Made by a program: the position numbers and the translations under genes. A stretch of 64,000 bases of DNA from Phoronis australis. Its lineage: Eukaryota; Animalia; Phoronida. The stretch is from assembly GCA_002633005.1 (NCBI GenBank), contig NMRA01000297.1:211337-275336 (forward strand), in the 5' to 3' direction. Of the stretch, positions 37,360 to 48,440 are shown in pieces. Under the pieces are notes generated by a model. That model worked only from the letters and a program-made list of their open reading frames with translations, did no database searches and was not told where the DNA came from. Numbering within the stretch: position 1 is the stretch's first letter; the number at the start of each line of letters is the position of its first letter.

Positions 37360-37650
37360 TTCTTCTTCGTCTTACTAGACCAAACTGTTAGACGTCACAC
37401 CGAAGGCAATAATATTATTAAACCAATAAGCAATTGAAAGAAGGTGCATACTGCACATTAAAACCAAACAAGTCCACTGTCTTGTTTCTGTGAATGGTCT
37501 GAGCCGCTACAAGTCCACTGTCTTGTTTCTGTGAATGGTCTGAGCCGCTAATCCTATGATGAAAGGCAGCAACAGAGGGAGCATTAACAGTGTCTGGATT
37601 GAGATTGCTCCACAAACTAATGGTGAGTGGGAAGAAGCTCTATAAATGAA
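37360..37650 (-). mobile_element. LINE 3' end relic with an internal 41-bp duplication (37468-37550)
   Basis: Minus-strand peptide SFFPLTISLWSNLNPDTVNAPSVAAF matches the LINE ORF2 C-terminal pattern SFFP.T...WN.LP...V.A.S...F; ends in a GAAGAAGAA tail. Confidence 0.7.
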
Positions 37651-39376
37651 AATTTTGCGTCACGGACGAATGGAAACCGGTTGTTTTAAACTTTAATTTT
37701 GTAACTTGAAGCGACTATAATCTTACGAAGCGAATTTTTTACTTAAGCCACTTTCCGCTATAAAAGAATTTTGTGAAACGTACAGTGCATTCTTTCAGAA
37801 ACCTCAAAATGCAACCTGAAACAAAACGGTATACATGTAGTAGAGAGGTTTCACAAAGCGCAGTTAAACAGAGATTGTTCATCTCCGATTGACTATACTT
37901 CAAATTCACGCGACGGACATTAAAATACATAGCGATATGAATTAACCGATTAAAAATCTGTAGCTTAACTAAGTTTCAGTTGTCTTGAGAAGTGCTTGTG
38001 GGTTGAGAATGCTACAAAACCCTTTGTCTTTTTCAGACACTCGATTTGCACGTGAGGAAAGGGCCCATCTCTACTTCGGTGTGTGTCGGCAGCCAAAAGC
38101 CTGTGATAACTAGTGTACACCCTAAAGAAGCGGAAGTTGACATTGCGTGAGGTAAATGGCTGTTCTTTCGAGTCCAACCTGGATATTAAATCTCAAAAAT
38201 CTGAAAATAATTAATCACAGAGAAGTAGAAAAAACATTAGGGAACAAGTCAATACAAGAGTCGTCTGACGAAAGAGTATAAGTTTTTTCGGAAAACTACA
38301 TGTAGGTTCGAAACATGAAAAGTAAATTTGACAAAATTGCGGCGATCGTGTTACAGATTAGGTATATGCTGAATGCATGGTTACGTTCATTCTTTTAAAT
38401 TGTTGATAAAAATGCTTTCTACACGAACTACGTCATCTGCTCGTATTTTGACGAGTTGAATATATATTTGACTGTGGTGACTCATTGCATTTTGCTGTCA
38501 TGTGCAAGTCACACCTGGTTTAATTTGTTGATCAAGAATATCAACATAAAGCATAGCCTAGGCCCTGGTAGTGAGGTAGGGACTACCGGGACTAACAGTT
38601 GATTTGGCATTGATCTTCAAGAATAATTGATGTTATTAAATATATTTTTATTAAAATAAATAACCAGGCTGGTAATTGAAACTAAAAATTGTTTGACTAC
38701 CAATTCTGCTTTCTAGGTTTTAATAATTCCTACATCTATTTCATGTTTTAAGTTTTAAATATCAATCTGGACCAAGTTGAATTCCAAAATTAAAACACCT
38801 GTTTCGTTCGCACAAAGCATATCCTGAAAAAATAACCCATGTAGTTTTAGAGCTTAATTTCAGTTAACTGGACAGAGCAAGCATAGTTATCACATTTCCT
38901 CGTTCATCTAATTGGAAAGGTGCCTGTGCTTCTGAGAGGGGAATTTTTTCGCGGAGTGAGGGGGAATTCTACCTCCTGATCACCATCAATAGCACCCCCG
39001 CCATGTTGCAAGCTCTCATAGGCTCTGTCTCAAGTAGCATTATGTGCTCTTTCAAATAGTCACCTGTGTGGTTACAGGTGATTTGAACTTCGAGGGGAAA
39101 TTTTCATTTATTTTAAGTAAATTTTTAGGCTTCGTGGGGGGCGGGAGATTTCACGCGATTTTTCAATATTTTTAGAGCAGAATAGGGCCAATATTCGGCC
39201 TCAAATCGAGGGATTGAGGGCCCTGTCCTTTTAGGAAAGAAATGCATCATGTTTCAACTCGTAGTCATGAAAACACAGCCTGGCTGGCCGAAGATTCGCT
39301 GGTCGTTGCTGTGATGCTCGGCGGCAACTGAGATGCGACAAAATGTGATCAAACTTTCGAAAAAAAATTTCATTTT

Positions 39377-39529
39377 TACCCAGAAATATATTCCTTCGTC
39401 GCGGCGTATGGCAACGACCCAACGCTTACGAATCTCAATGTCTTTAAGGATTGTGAAAAATACAGTTGAATGTCCGTATTTTTTATTGCCGTTCGAGCAA
39501 GGTGGAACACAAGTATGCCGATTAGCCAT
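39377..39529 (-). pseudogene. THAP domain N-terminal half (transposon relic)
   Basis: MANRHTCVPPCSNGNKKYGHSTVFFTILKDIEIRKRWVVAIRRDEGIYFW matches THAP C.VP.C...F...PKD...R..W..AIRRD; followed by a GTAAAA donor-like site. Confidence 0.7.
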
Positions 39530-41392
39530 TGAACGGAGCAATCGTAGTGAGCCTCGGTTTGGAGCGCGCTTCTTGTCTGCGTGAATTAGGCGTATTACCA
39601 CGCCTGTCATGCCAGTCACGTGATAGGATTGTTTCACTGCTCAGGGACCCGTTTCATGGGACTCAAGACTTTATTGTAAATCAGAATTATCTGAAGCTCT
39701 TACATTTACCAAATAAAGGTTAAGTCATGAAATTGTTAGCACTATTCTGTGGAAATAATTTGTACACATTTTTAGTAGGTAGCAACTCGAGGAAATATTT
39801 TTATAAGTAGTTACGTGGACCGTAAGACAAAATTTCTGTCTTTTAAGACTTAAAAATCCAAGTCCCTTCCGTGAAACAAGCCTCTAGATACATGCTTTAG
39901 TTGCCTCGCGCAATGAGGCCTCGAAATGTTGCTGGTAAAATGAGTCGAATTTTTCCCGGATTCTTCCACACTCACAACGGAATGCAGACTGTTAGGCTTC
40001 GATTGGCTACTTCCACGCCTCTCATGTCAGTCAACACTGTTGTCGTGCCTTTCCATTGGCCAGATAAAATGCTTGAAACTCAACCTAACGATCTCCCGCA
40101 CTGCTATTTATTTGCGTTTGTGTTACAAGAGCGTGCCTTAGTGAACTTTAAAAAGTTCACATGCCACGCCCCTGTAACACAAACGTCAGAAAGTCGTCAT
40201 ACCTTAATATGCAACTGTCACGACTACTAGCTAAAATTTTTCCTGTGGTCTTAGGTCGCTGTTCGATCAAACGTTGTATCCCAACAAACAAATAGAAATT
40301 GGAAAAACACGTTGGCAATGACATAGTGTGGCCTCAATTTCTAGAATCTAGAGAAGAATTTGAGGTTTCGCCTCCTCTCTAACACCGGGGCAGTCGTGAA
40401 TTTGTGGTTTTGGGGAGAACAATAACAAATTAGCACTTTTAACGTTTATTTTGCTTCTGAATTTTCCGCTGGATATAACAGGGCAAAGTCGTGGTTTTGT
40501 TGAACTTTTATCCGCGAGAAACGCCATCAAGTGCGCTTTCTGCAAGTTCTGCAGTTTTGTCAGGTGTTCCGAGGCAGAGATGTAGCAAGGGCTTTTATTG
40601 AACCACCTTTGTAATTTCGACGAGATTAACCACTCGATCTGTGGTCTGACTAAACAAGTAACTGTCTCGACATCTAACGAAGACAAGAACAAGCTAGATG
40701 CAAGACTGTTGTTGTTTTACCAACTTTGCTAATTTATAAAATATTTGAATAATATTTTTGAAAATCCAATGTATAGTGTGGTATTGTTTTAGTTGCTCAC
40801 CTTTTCAAAACAGAAAATTATCTGAGACTAGAAAAAGTGACAGAATATTTTTGTTTAATCATTGCTTCGCAAATTGTGGTTTCAAAACGTTCCTTGAGAA
40901 TGAGTGCCTTTGTTCAGCTTTTTCAATAAAAAAATAAAAATACGGGACCTTGATTGAAGTTGACGCAGTCGGTTTTTTCGGTAGGCACAGGTGTCATGAG
41001 ATCCTAACAAGCAGTGCTTTTTGCCTAATTTCGCTCGACATCAAATTTCACTGTGTCCATTTTTATTCCACTAAAATTTAAAATGAAAAGAAAATACGGA
41101 AAATGATCGGCAGTTTTAAAAAGATATATGGATTTTGAGGAAAGAGAAAATGAAGAAAGTTCAGGACTTCTCAATAACTTAATTCCCGGAATTCCAACAT
41201 CATGACGTAATCTTCTCTAGACGAATGCAGCGTTGCACTTGGGAAGTTAGCACGCTTTTGAAAAAGTCGAATTGGGCATTCTCACCTGACAATGTTTAAG
41301 CTAAAATAGCTCACCCTTAAGTCGACGACCTCCATTTTTTCAATATTCTGTCGCAAATATTTGGAACATTTATTACAAAACAACAAAGAAAG

Positions 41393-41657
41393 CATTCTAG
41401 CGGAGTGTGTTAGTATTAAAATCTATTGAACTCTAACATGCTAGCGGAGTTTGTTACTATTGAAGTCTATTGAACTCTAACATTTCTAGTGGAGTGTGTT
41501 AGTATTAAAGTCTACTGAACTCTAACATTCTAGCGGAGTGTGTTACTATTAAAGTCTATTGAACTCTAACATTCTAGCGGAGTGTGTTAGTATTGAAGTC
41601 TACTGAACTCTAGCATTCTAGCGGAGTGTGTTACTATTAAACTCTACTGAACTCTAT
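41393..41657. repeat. ~44-bp minisatellite x6
   Basis: (CATTCTAGCGGAGTGTGTTASTATTAAAGTCTAYTGAACTCTAA)n. Confidence 0.95.
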
Positions 41658-42960
41658 AATTCAAGGTGCTCAAAATCGTGAAAAAGTTGACGCTGAAGTA
41701 TCACTAAACCTTAAAACATAAAAATTATATCGTGCTATAATATTTTTCCATTTTAAAAAAGACACGACTTCAGTATTCATAAAAACTTTACATTTTGCCG
41801 GAAGCGTACCAAAAAATTTAATTCGTGACCATCATTTTTTGCAGATTTGTAATAGGCAAAGATAAACCAATGACAAATTAAAGTGGTGTCGAACCCCCTT
41901 AACGTTGAAATTTCGTTAGGGGCAGTATGATTGGTATATACCATTTGGAAAAGCTTAATCTAAACTTAATCTGTGTTACAAACGCTCTTACTGACGAACT
42001 GTAGCTCCAAGAAAGACTTCGCGTGTCAACTAATAACATTTTAAGACAGCGACTTAATTATCTTCATCAGTGAAAGCAGATTTTCCACTTAATTAATTTT
42101 CAATCACAAATTAATTAAGAGGATTATGACATTATTATACTCTGCAATTAGGCATTTATACATTTGCGGGCTAGCTTAGTTTTATTACACATGTAGGCAC
42201 GTGTGGCTGTCGCATTGGTACGCGAGTGATTTAGAAGTCTCGAGAATTAACGTCAAACATTCATTGACGTGAAATAAGAACAATTAAATTCTATTTAGTA
42301 GTCACAGTTACTTAGAGTTTTTTCCTTTAACGCATCATTTAACATCTCTAATCGAAACGAATTAGTCTAAAAATGCGCCGAGAGAAATCAGTTTCATACG
42401 GAAATTGGCTCATCCATTTTGTTCGTCAAATTACTTATTGACAACAAGAAAAAGAATTGTACGCGTGTTGGGATTTAGTTGCTTGATAAAACACTTAGTG
42501 TTTTTTATAGTTTCCAAGGAATTTCTTGCCACAGATGTCTCTCATAGTACGTCATAAATGTAACTTCGCTATCAGAGAAGTTGAAAATCATTTCAGTTAA
42601 AAACACATTCTCCAATCTCGGTTGAAATGAATTGATTTCCGGACCCGTTTGTAAACAACACAGAGAGAGTAACTAGAAACATACCACACTGAATACATCT
42701 GGCAAGAGACTAAATTAGTATAGGTAAAACAGACACTGAGACATTTAACGAGAACTAATGACATCAAATTTGTCAATGACACAGACCCGGTGTGACTGCA
42801 GCGCAGCATATTGACAAATTTTCTATTTATTGCCATTAACTCAAAAATAGACGTGACTGTGTTTCTTGCAATGTTGACCTCTCTGTTCAGCATACACGGA
42901 TTACTTTCTAGTAGTATATTAAATGGGCAACGCTCAAAAACGCCCACTAAATATCCATGT

Positions 42961-43670
42961 TTTATACCACAATATTGGCCTCGAATGGCAGATACAACCG
43001 TGTACAACCCATAAAGTTATCTCACTAGTGAGATAACATTTTGGCGGGAGCACGCGCAACAATCGCATGTTCAGCAAAGAGCATTGCACCGACATTTATA
43101 CGCTATGGAAAATAAGGCGCATAATTTCCATAAAAACGATATTTTAATTCAGTGAAATTTTTCGCTCGTGTTCTCCCACTAGTAAATCACCGATCTCCAA
43201 TTTGAATGCGGGTATCGTGTCTTCGGGATCTTTTGACTTGAGCATTACAGTCAGTTACTAGTAGTAACCTATTTTAGCAGACGATATTTTCCCGGTCGAT
43301 GCTTAGCGTGATAAAATGTGTAGTAATCTATAATAGTTGCTAAATCTTAATTTAGAGATTCACTTTATTTCTATTTCGTTCAAATTTTCAATTGGTTTTG
43401 AGTATAAGCATTATTTGACAAAAATAGCTCGGCTTTTCTTAAAAGGTCACGACCTCCGACCCCGGGCCTCTGACATAGAACGTACATGTAGTTACAAAGC
43501 CGAGGCGAGTCGAGAAAGGTAGATCGATTCATTGCAATGTTTCTCTTTCAGAATGTGGTATTTGGAGAATTATCACCCTAGGGTCTACCGCCCCTAGGGC
43601 TATAATTCTCCAAAATCCACTCGAGCTCTAGATAACGGGGGATAACGACTGAGAACATGTAATAATCTAT
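42961..43670 (+). mobile_element. Composite interspersed repeat, copy 2
   Basis: Same blocks (CCTCGAATGG, AGTTATCTCACTAGT, CCATAAAAACGATATTTTAAT, AAAAGGTCACGACCTCCGACCCC, GAGAAAGGTAGATCGATTCATTG); hairpin at 43561-43614; ends AATAATCTAT. Confidence 0.85.
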
Positions 43671-43934
43671 ATGTATCTACTAGAATGTGTTGGAATTCAG
43701 TTCTCCCTAAATTTACAGCAGGTGTAACGCGGCACATGCGCTAGTTTCGACAGTCCATTCACAAGCATTCAACAACGTCTCAGTCAAATCGTACTTAATT
43801 TCGATACTAATTCTATCTTATTGCGACAAAGGTTCAATTGACCTTCTAAATAATTCTGTTAAGAAGTTTCTCCAAGTTTAGTCGTATATGACAGAGTTTA
43901 GTCAAAGTATGTCCAGTAGAATATAATGAAAGCA

Positions 43935-44004
43935 CATGGGCGGCGCAGCACTGGAAAAAGTGTGGGGGTATAATCCCCTAGCGCCCTATGGTACGCCGTC
44001 TGTG
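43935..44004 (+). mobile_element. ~70-bp mini-MITE family, copy 1 (others at 45115-45185 and 58507-58570)
   Basis: CATGGGCGGCGCAGCACTG...CCCTATGGT.C.CGCCCATG-like consensus in three places. Confidence 0.6.
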
Positions 44005-45569
44005 AAGCTACCATATGTGTTGCCTAAAAAAACGCCGAATAAAAGCCTTTTGTGTTCAACTGAACATTTATCGGGAGAATGAAAGAAATCATTTACTTTC
44101 AAAGAAGGGAATATGTGACTTGTGCAAAACTTGATGTTTGGCTTGGGTATGTTGTATAACAAGTGGCTTCAGGCTAAACCATGTTGTGATGTTGAAAATG
44201 TCAACTTTATAATAGGCGTATTTGCTCTTCAAAAGCAGAGTTAGCGCGTATCCTTTGAATTGAAATTGGGTATACTAAATCGCATGAAATTACCCTGAAG
44301 GCCTGACGACTGAAACTAACCGGCATTGACAAGTAACGTAATGGATAACGAAGGCCTTAAAGTGATGGCGTCTTGTAAGTCCTTCTCTTTAACTTGAGAA
44401 AAAGATGATCAAACTAAGTGACCTATATCAATAATTGAATTTTGACAGAAGGCGCGGGTTTATTGACCTTTTATGACGGAAATTTTGTCTTACTCTCCCA
44501 TTTCTGTATTACAGAATACATAATTAATTAAGTAATGCATACATTTTCTATTTACCGGTAACTATGAATACATTTTAAGAGTCTGAGAACGTGTACTGCG
44601 TTGTAGTGAGATAAAATTGTTTTTTTTTGGAAATAGACGGAATCCTATCATACTTATTAGCTATTTTCCATACTTTGTGAATCTCCTTAAAGTTATGTAG
44701 AGCATTATTGGCAAGTCTTTACAATTATCAAATTACATCTACAAAATTATAGAGCTTAACTCAACAAACGTATACATTTTCTGAAAACGAAATGAAGTTT
44801 TCTACAAAACATTAGCAAATAAAAAGAAACATTCATAACAAACAACAGGATTAATAACACGACCAAATTTCGTAAAATGTAAATGTTCAAATATCGCTAA
44901 AATTGTGTCATGGTTAACTGTTTTCCATTGTAGTTATACTAGATTCCGAATGCAATGGTAATATTCAAGACAAAAGCAGGCGAACTGTTTTCGTGCGCCC
45001 GTAGGCCCGAGTTAAGCAATCATAGAGCGACGATGGATTCTTTTACGCACCAATGACGACGGTGCGCTCTTGAAATTATCCCTGGGCATGGGAGGCACAG
45101 CACTCAACCATGCCCATGAGCGGCGTAGCACTGAAGTAAGTGAGTGACTATAACCGCCTCCGCTCCCTATGGTGCATCGCCCATGCTGAGTGCAAGTCTG
45201 TGTGAATTTTGGTACATGATATATAACAAGGCGACTTCGAACACATTGTTGTCATCAATCATAATTTAAGAGTTATAAGTGACCAAATATTTCATGCCTT
45301 TAATTCACAAAATGAGCATACGGATTCTAACTGAACTTAGTGTCCCAAAATTATGGTCTCGTAACGAAACGATTGAAAATAAAAATAACGTTAATATACA
45401 CAGAAATAATACAGCTGTAAAACGGAATACATTTTGGCAAACAACATTTATCACCGTGTTTACGTAATTCATGTAAAATTTTCCAATGATTGCATACTGG
45501 AACCTTGCATCGTTTGTAAAATGATATAAAAAGTGCGTGTGCGTGTGTATGTGACTGAACCATATATTA

Positions 45570-45728
45570 TTTGTTATCGTTATCATCGTCATCGTCATTG
45601 TCATTGTTATGTTATTGTTATTACTATCATCATCATTATCGTTATTATTATTATTATTGTTGTTGTTGTTGTTGTTGTTATTGTTGTTGTTACTGTCTTT
45701 TGTTACCTTTATTGTTATTGTTATTATT
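45570..45728. repeat. Compound trinucleotide microsatellite (TCA/TTA/TTG)n
   Basis: Directly visible. Confidence 0.95.
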
Positions 45729-47239
45729 TTTCAGTGTGTAGATTATTTCATTTCCGACGGAATAAAACGATTTCTGGGGAATGCAACTTTAGAAGTATTT
45801 CGTTTGGGATATATAGTGAAAATATAGTGAAAACATAGTGTAAATATAGTGAAAAATATATCTGAGAAGGTTATATTGACTCAGTAAAATGGATTGATCA
45901 AAATCCATTTGGAATTAGTGTTCGTTGTGCCTAATTTACTGTAATGTATAGCTCATCTGCTAGTAAGACAAAAAATCTTTGCCATTGAAAAAAGAAAACC
46001 GTGCAGTGTTAAGATCTTTTTGATAAAAACAGAACGTGCATGTTAGTCGTAAGTCTTGCGTTGTTCCATCAGACTGTAGTTGTGGTAACACTGCCGTCTC
46101 TCACTCCTTGGGTGGTTAAATGGAGAGAGGACATTATAATTGTTGCGAATGGTATTCAAATTAGCCGTATGGTAAGTATATCACAGAGGCAGGTGGACTA
46201 GGCAATATTAGGAAATTTGGATTTGATAAATGATTTTTCAAGACTGATCAAGATACTTCAAATGCCTCGTTTCATCCATTGGACCCGGTGCGGTACTAAT
46301 GCATCTGTCCTCAATCACGCGGTTCCAGACTTTGGAAAATCGGTTTGTCTTCACTACAGTTGGTAACATTCGTCGCAATCGTATTGCGGCGATTCACGGT
46401 GAATTTATTTTAAATTGCCAGAAATCTGCCCTCGATTACTACAAATAAAATTTTTTATTACTCAACGTTGTTGATAACTTTGCTGTCAATTTATTATCCT
46501 ATGAATGACTGGTGATATCGGTTTACTTAAATACTTGCATTAGCATGTTTAAATAAATACGTATTTCTTATGGGAACCTGAGATCATTTACTCTGTCAAT
46601 CAGCACACGCACTATGCATGCGTATAGTCTTCCTGACTACAGCTTAATCGCCCGATGATTTGTATAAGTTTCAAAGTTTATACAAACGATAACTACTTCA
46701 ATCTGTTCCGGTGTACACGTACGAACAATTTAGTGTAAACTGTCGGCTAACTCTGACATAAATGGCTACCACACACGTTGCTGTTCGTGTTCGTGTCTTG
46801 TGGTACACGTTGAGTGGCGAGAAAGCGTGAATGGAACGTTTTTAGAGTGTTAACATTTTTATGAGTCTGTCTTTTTAAGTTGTGCGGTGATTAAGGAAAA
46901 CATTCAGAAGCCATTGTTTTAAGACGTGCAATGACAGGAAACATAGGCCTGAGAGTGGGAACCGATGGGAACGTTGCATACATCATGAGGAAGACAAAAT
47001 TTTTATTTAAAACACAAACGTTCCGTTGTCCTCAATTTAAGTTTGTGTAACTCACAACGAAACATTTTTAACAGGCGTATCGCTTAATTCCCCCATATAG
47101 GCTTGTGTATTACCATAGATTAAATGCTACGAGGTGACTTAATGAATGACATAACACAGCAACTTTATTTGAGTGAGTATAAAACCGCGTCCCGTCCTAG
47201 AAGCGAACTTTGGATTTAGAATATTAACCGCTATAAAAT

Positions 47240-47968
47240 AGGTTCCAACTTGGTCCCTAGAAGTGCTTTCTGGTCTCAACTTGGTCCTTAGAAGTGCTTT
47301 TTGGGCTCAAAGAACTTACAGTTTCTTGAGAACGTGCTCGCCACAAAATGGCACACCGTGACAAACCAACTTTTAGACGCCTGATCTCAACGACACACCG
47401 CGAAAAGCCAACATACAGACACCCGGTTTCAATAAGACAAACCGTGACGAGCCAATATGTAGACGCCGGGTCTCCATGACACACTGTGACGAGCCCGTAG
47501 ACGCCCGGTCTCAACAACACACCGTGACAAGCCGACATGTAGACGCCCGGTCTCAATGACACACCGTGACAAGCCAAAATGTAGACGCCAGGTTTCAACG
47601 ACACACCGCGACAAGCCAACATGGCCCGGTCTGAATGACACACCGTGACAAGCTAACACGGGAGATGCCAGCCGAGGTCTAAACGACACACCGTGACAAG
47701 CTAACACGGGGGACGCCCGGTTTGAAGGACACACCGTGGCAAGCTAACACCGGAGACGCCGGGTCTGAATGACACACCGTGACAAGCTAACACGGGAGAT
47801 GCCCGGTCTAAATGACACACCGTGACAAGCCGACACGGGCGACGCCTGTTGTCGAGCAATAATGAGCTGTCAGTTCTTTTAAAGCCCAAAAATCGTCTGA
47901 AATTTAAATGAGGGACAAGTTGAGACCAATTCTGTAAGTGACCTAAACCAAGTTTTTTGCCAGTAGTG
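47240..47968. mobile_element. Element with subterminal inverted repeats around a ~43-bp minisatellite (47340-47845); CACTA-like right end
   Basis: TGGTCTCAACTTG...TTTTTGGGCT..AAAGAACT.ACAG is inverted at 47867-47928; about 11 copies of GACACACCGTGACAAGC; the right end CAGTAGTG reads CACTACTG on the minus strand; no matching left CACTA. Confidence 0.6.
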
Positions 47969-48129
47969 GAAGGCGGGAAAACTGTCGCCGCTTTAAAAAC
48001 TCAATACAAAATGTGTATGTGCTGTTAACCATTCACAAAAATTTAAACTTAACGAGTTCGTTAATTAGATATTTCGGTTATGTTTTGGTTCAGAATAAAC
48101 ATTTCACAGTTATGTCAACTGAACGGTCC

Positions 48130-48440
48130 TTCTGTTTGTGTCTTTTGGCCAGACTCGCATGCCCTGACCTCTTGACAGACATGATTGAGACTGACACCTG
48201 AAGAATGCTTACCTTTCCCGCTAAACACCGTGAGTTGTTTATGCGTTGTGAAGAGATGTTTTGGCTAACATGTGGTTTCTGCCGGAAAAGAACGCAAATT
48301 TGATATGGAGATGTGTTAATTGAGCACGCCGAAGTTGTAAACGAACTTTTCAATAAATCTGTCGCCCGCCACCTCGAAAGCATTTTGCTTCCAAGCAGAG
48401 GTAATGATACAGCCAGGCAGCGGACCAATTCAGCGTTTTG
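48130..48440 (-). pseudogene. Possible tyrosine-recombinase (Crypton-type) C-terminal relic
   Basis: RINNSRCLAG...IMSVKRSGHASL loosely follows YR TNHSLR...I...TGH.S spacing; no clear catalytic Tyr. Confidence 0.25.

Noticed and set aside
40348-40692. 114-aa ORF with RLCPV suggesting a tyrosine recombinase
   Set aside because: Single short motif, non-ATG start, other YR motifs absent or out of order
41393-41657. Regularly spaced repeats (also 34115, 22720, 47340) considered as CRISPR arrays
   Set aside because: Head-to-tail units without unique spacers, no cas genes, eukaryotic context
45305-45838. Hydrophobic poly-Leu/Val/Ile ORFs resembling membrane proteins
   Set aside because: Trinucleotide microsatellite translation
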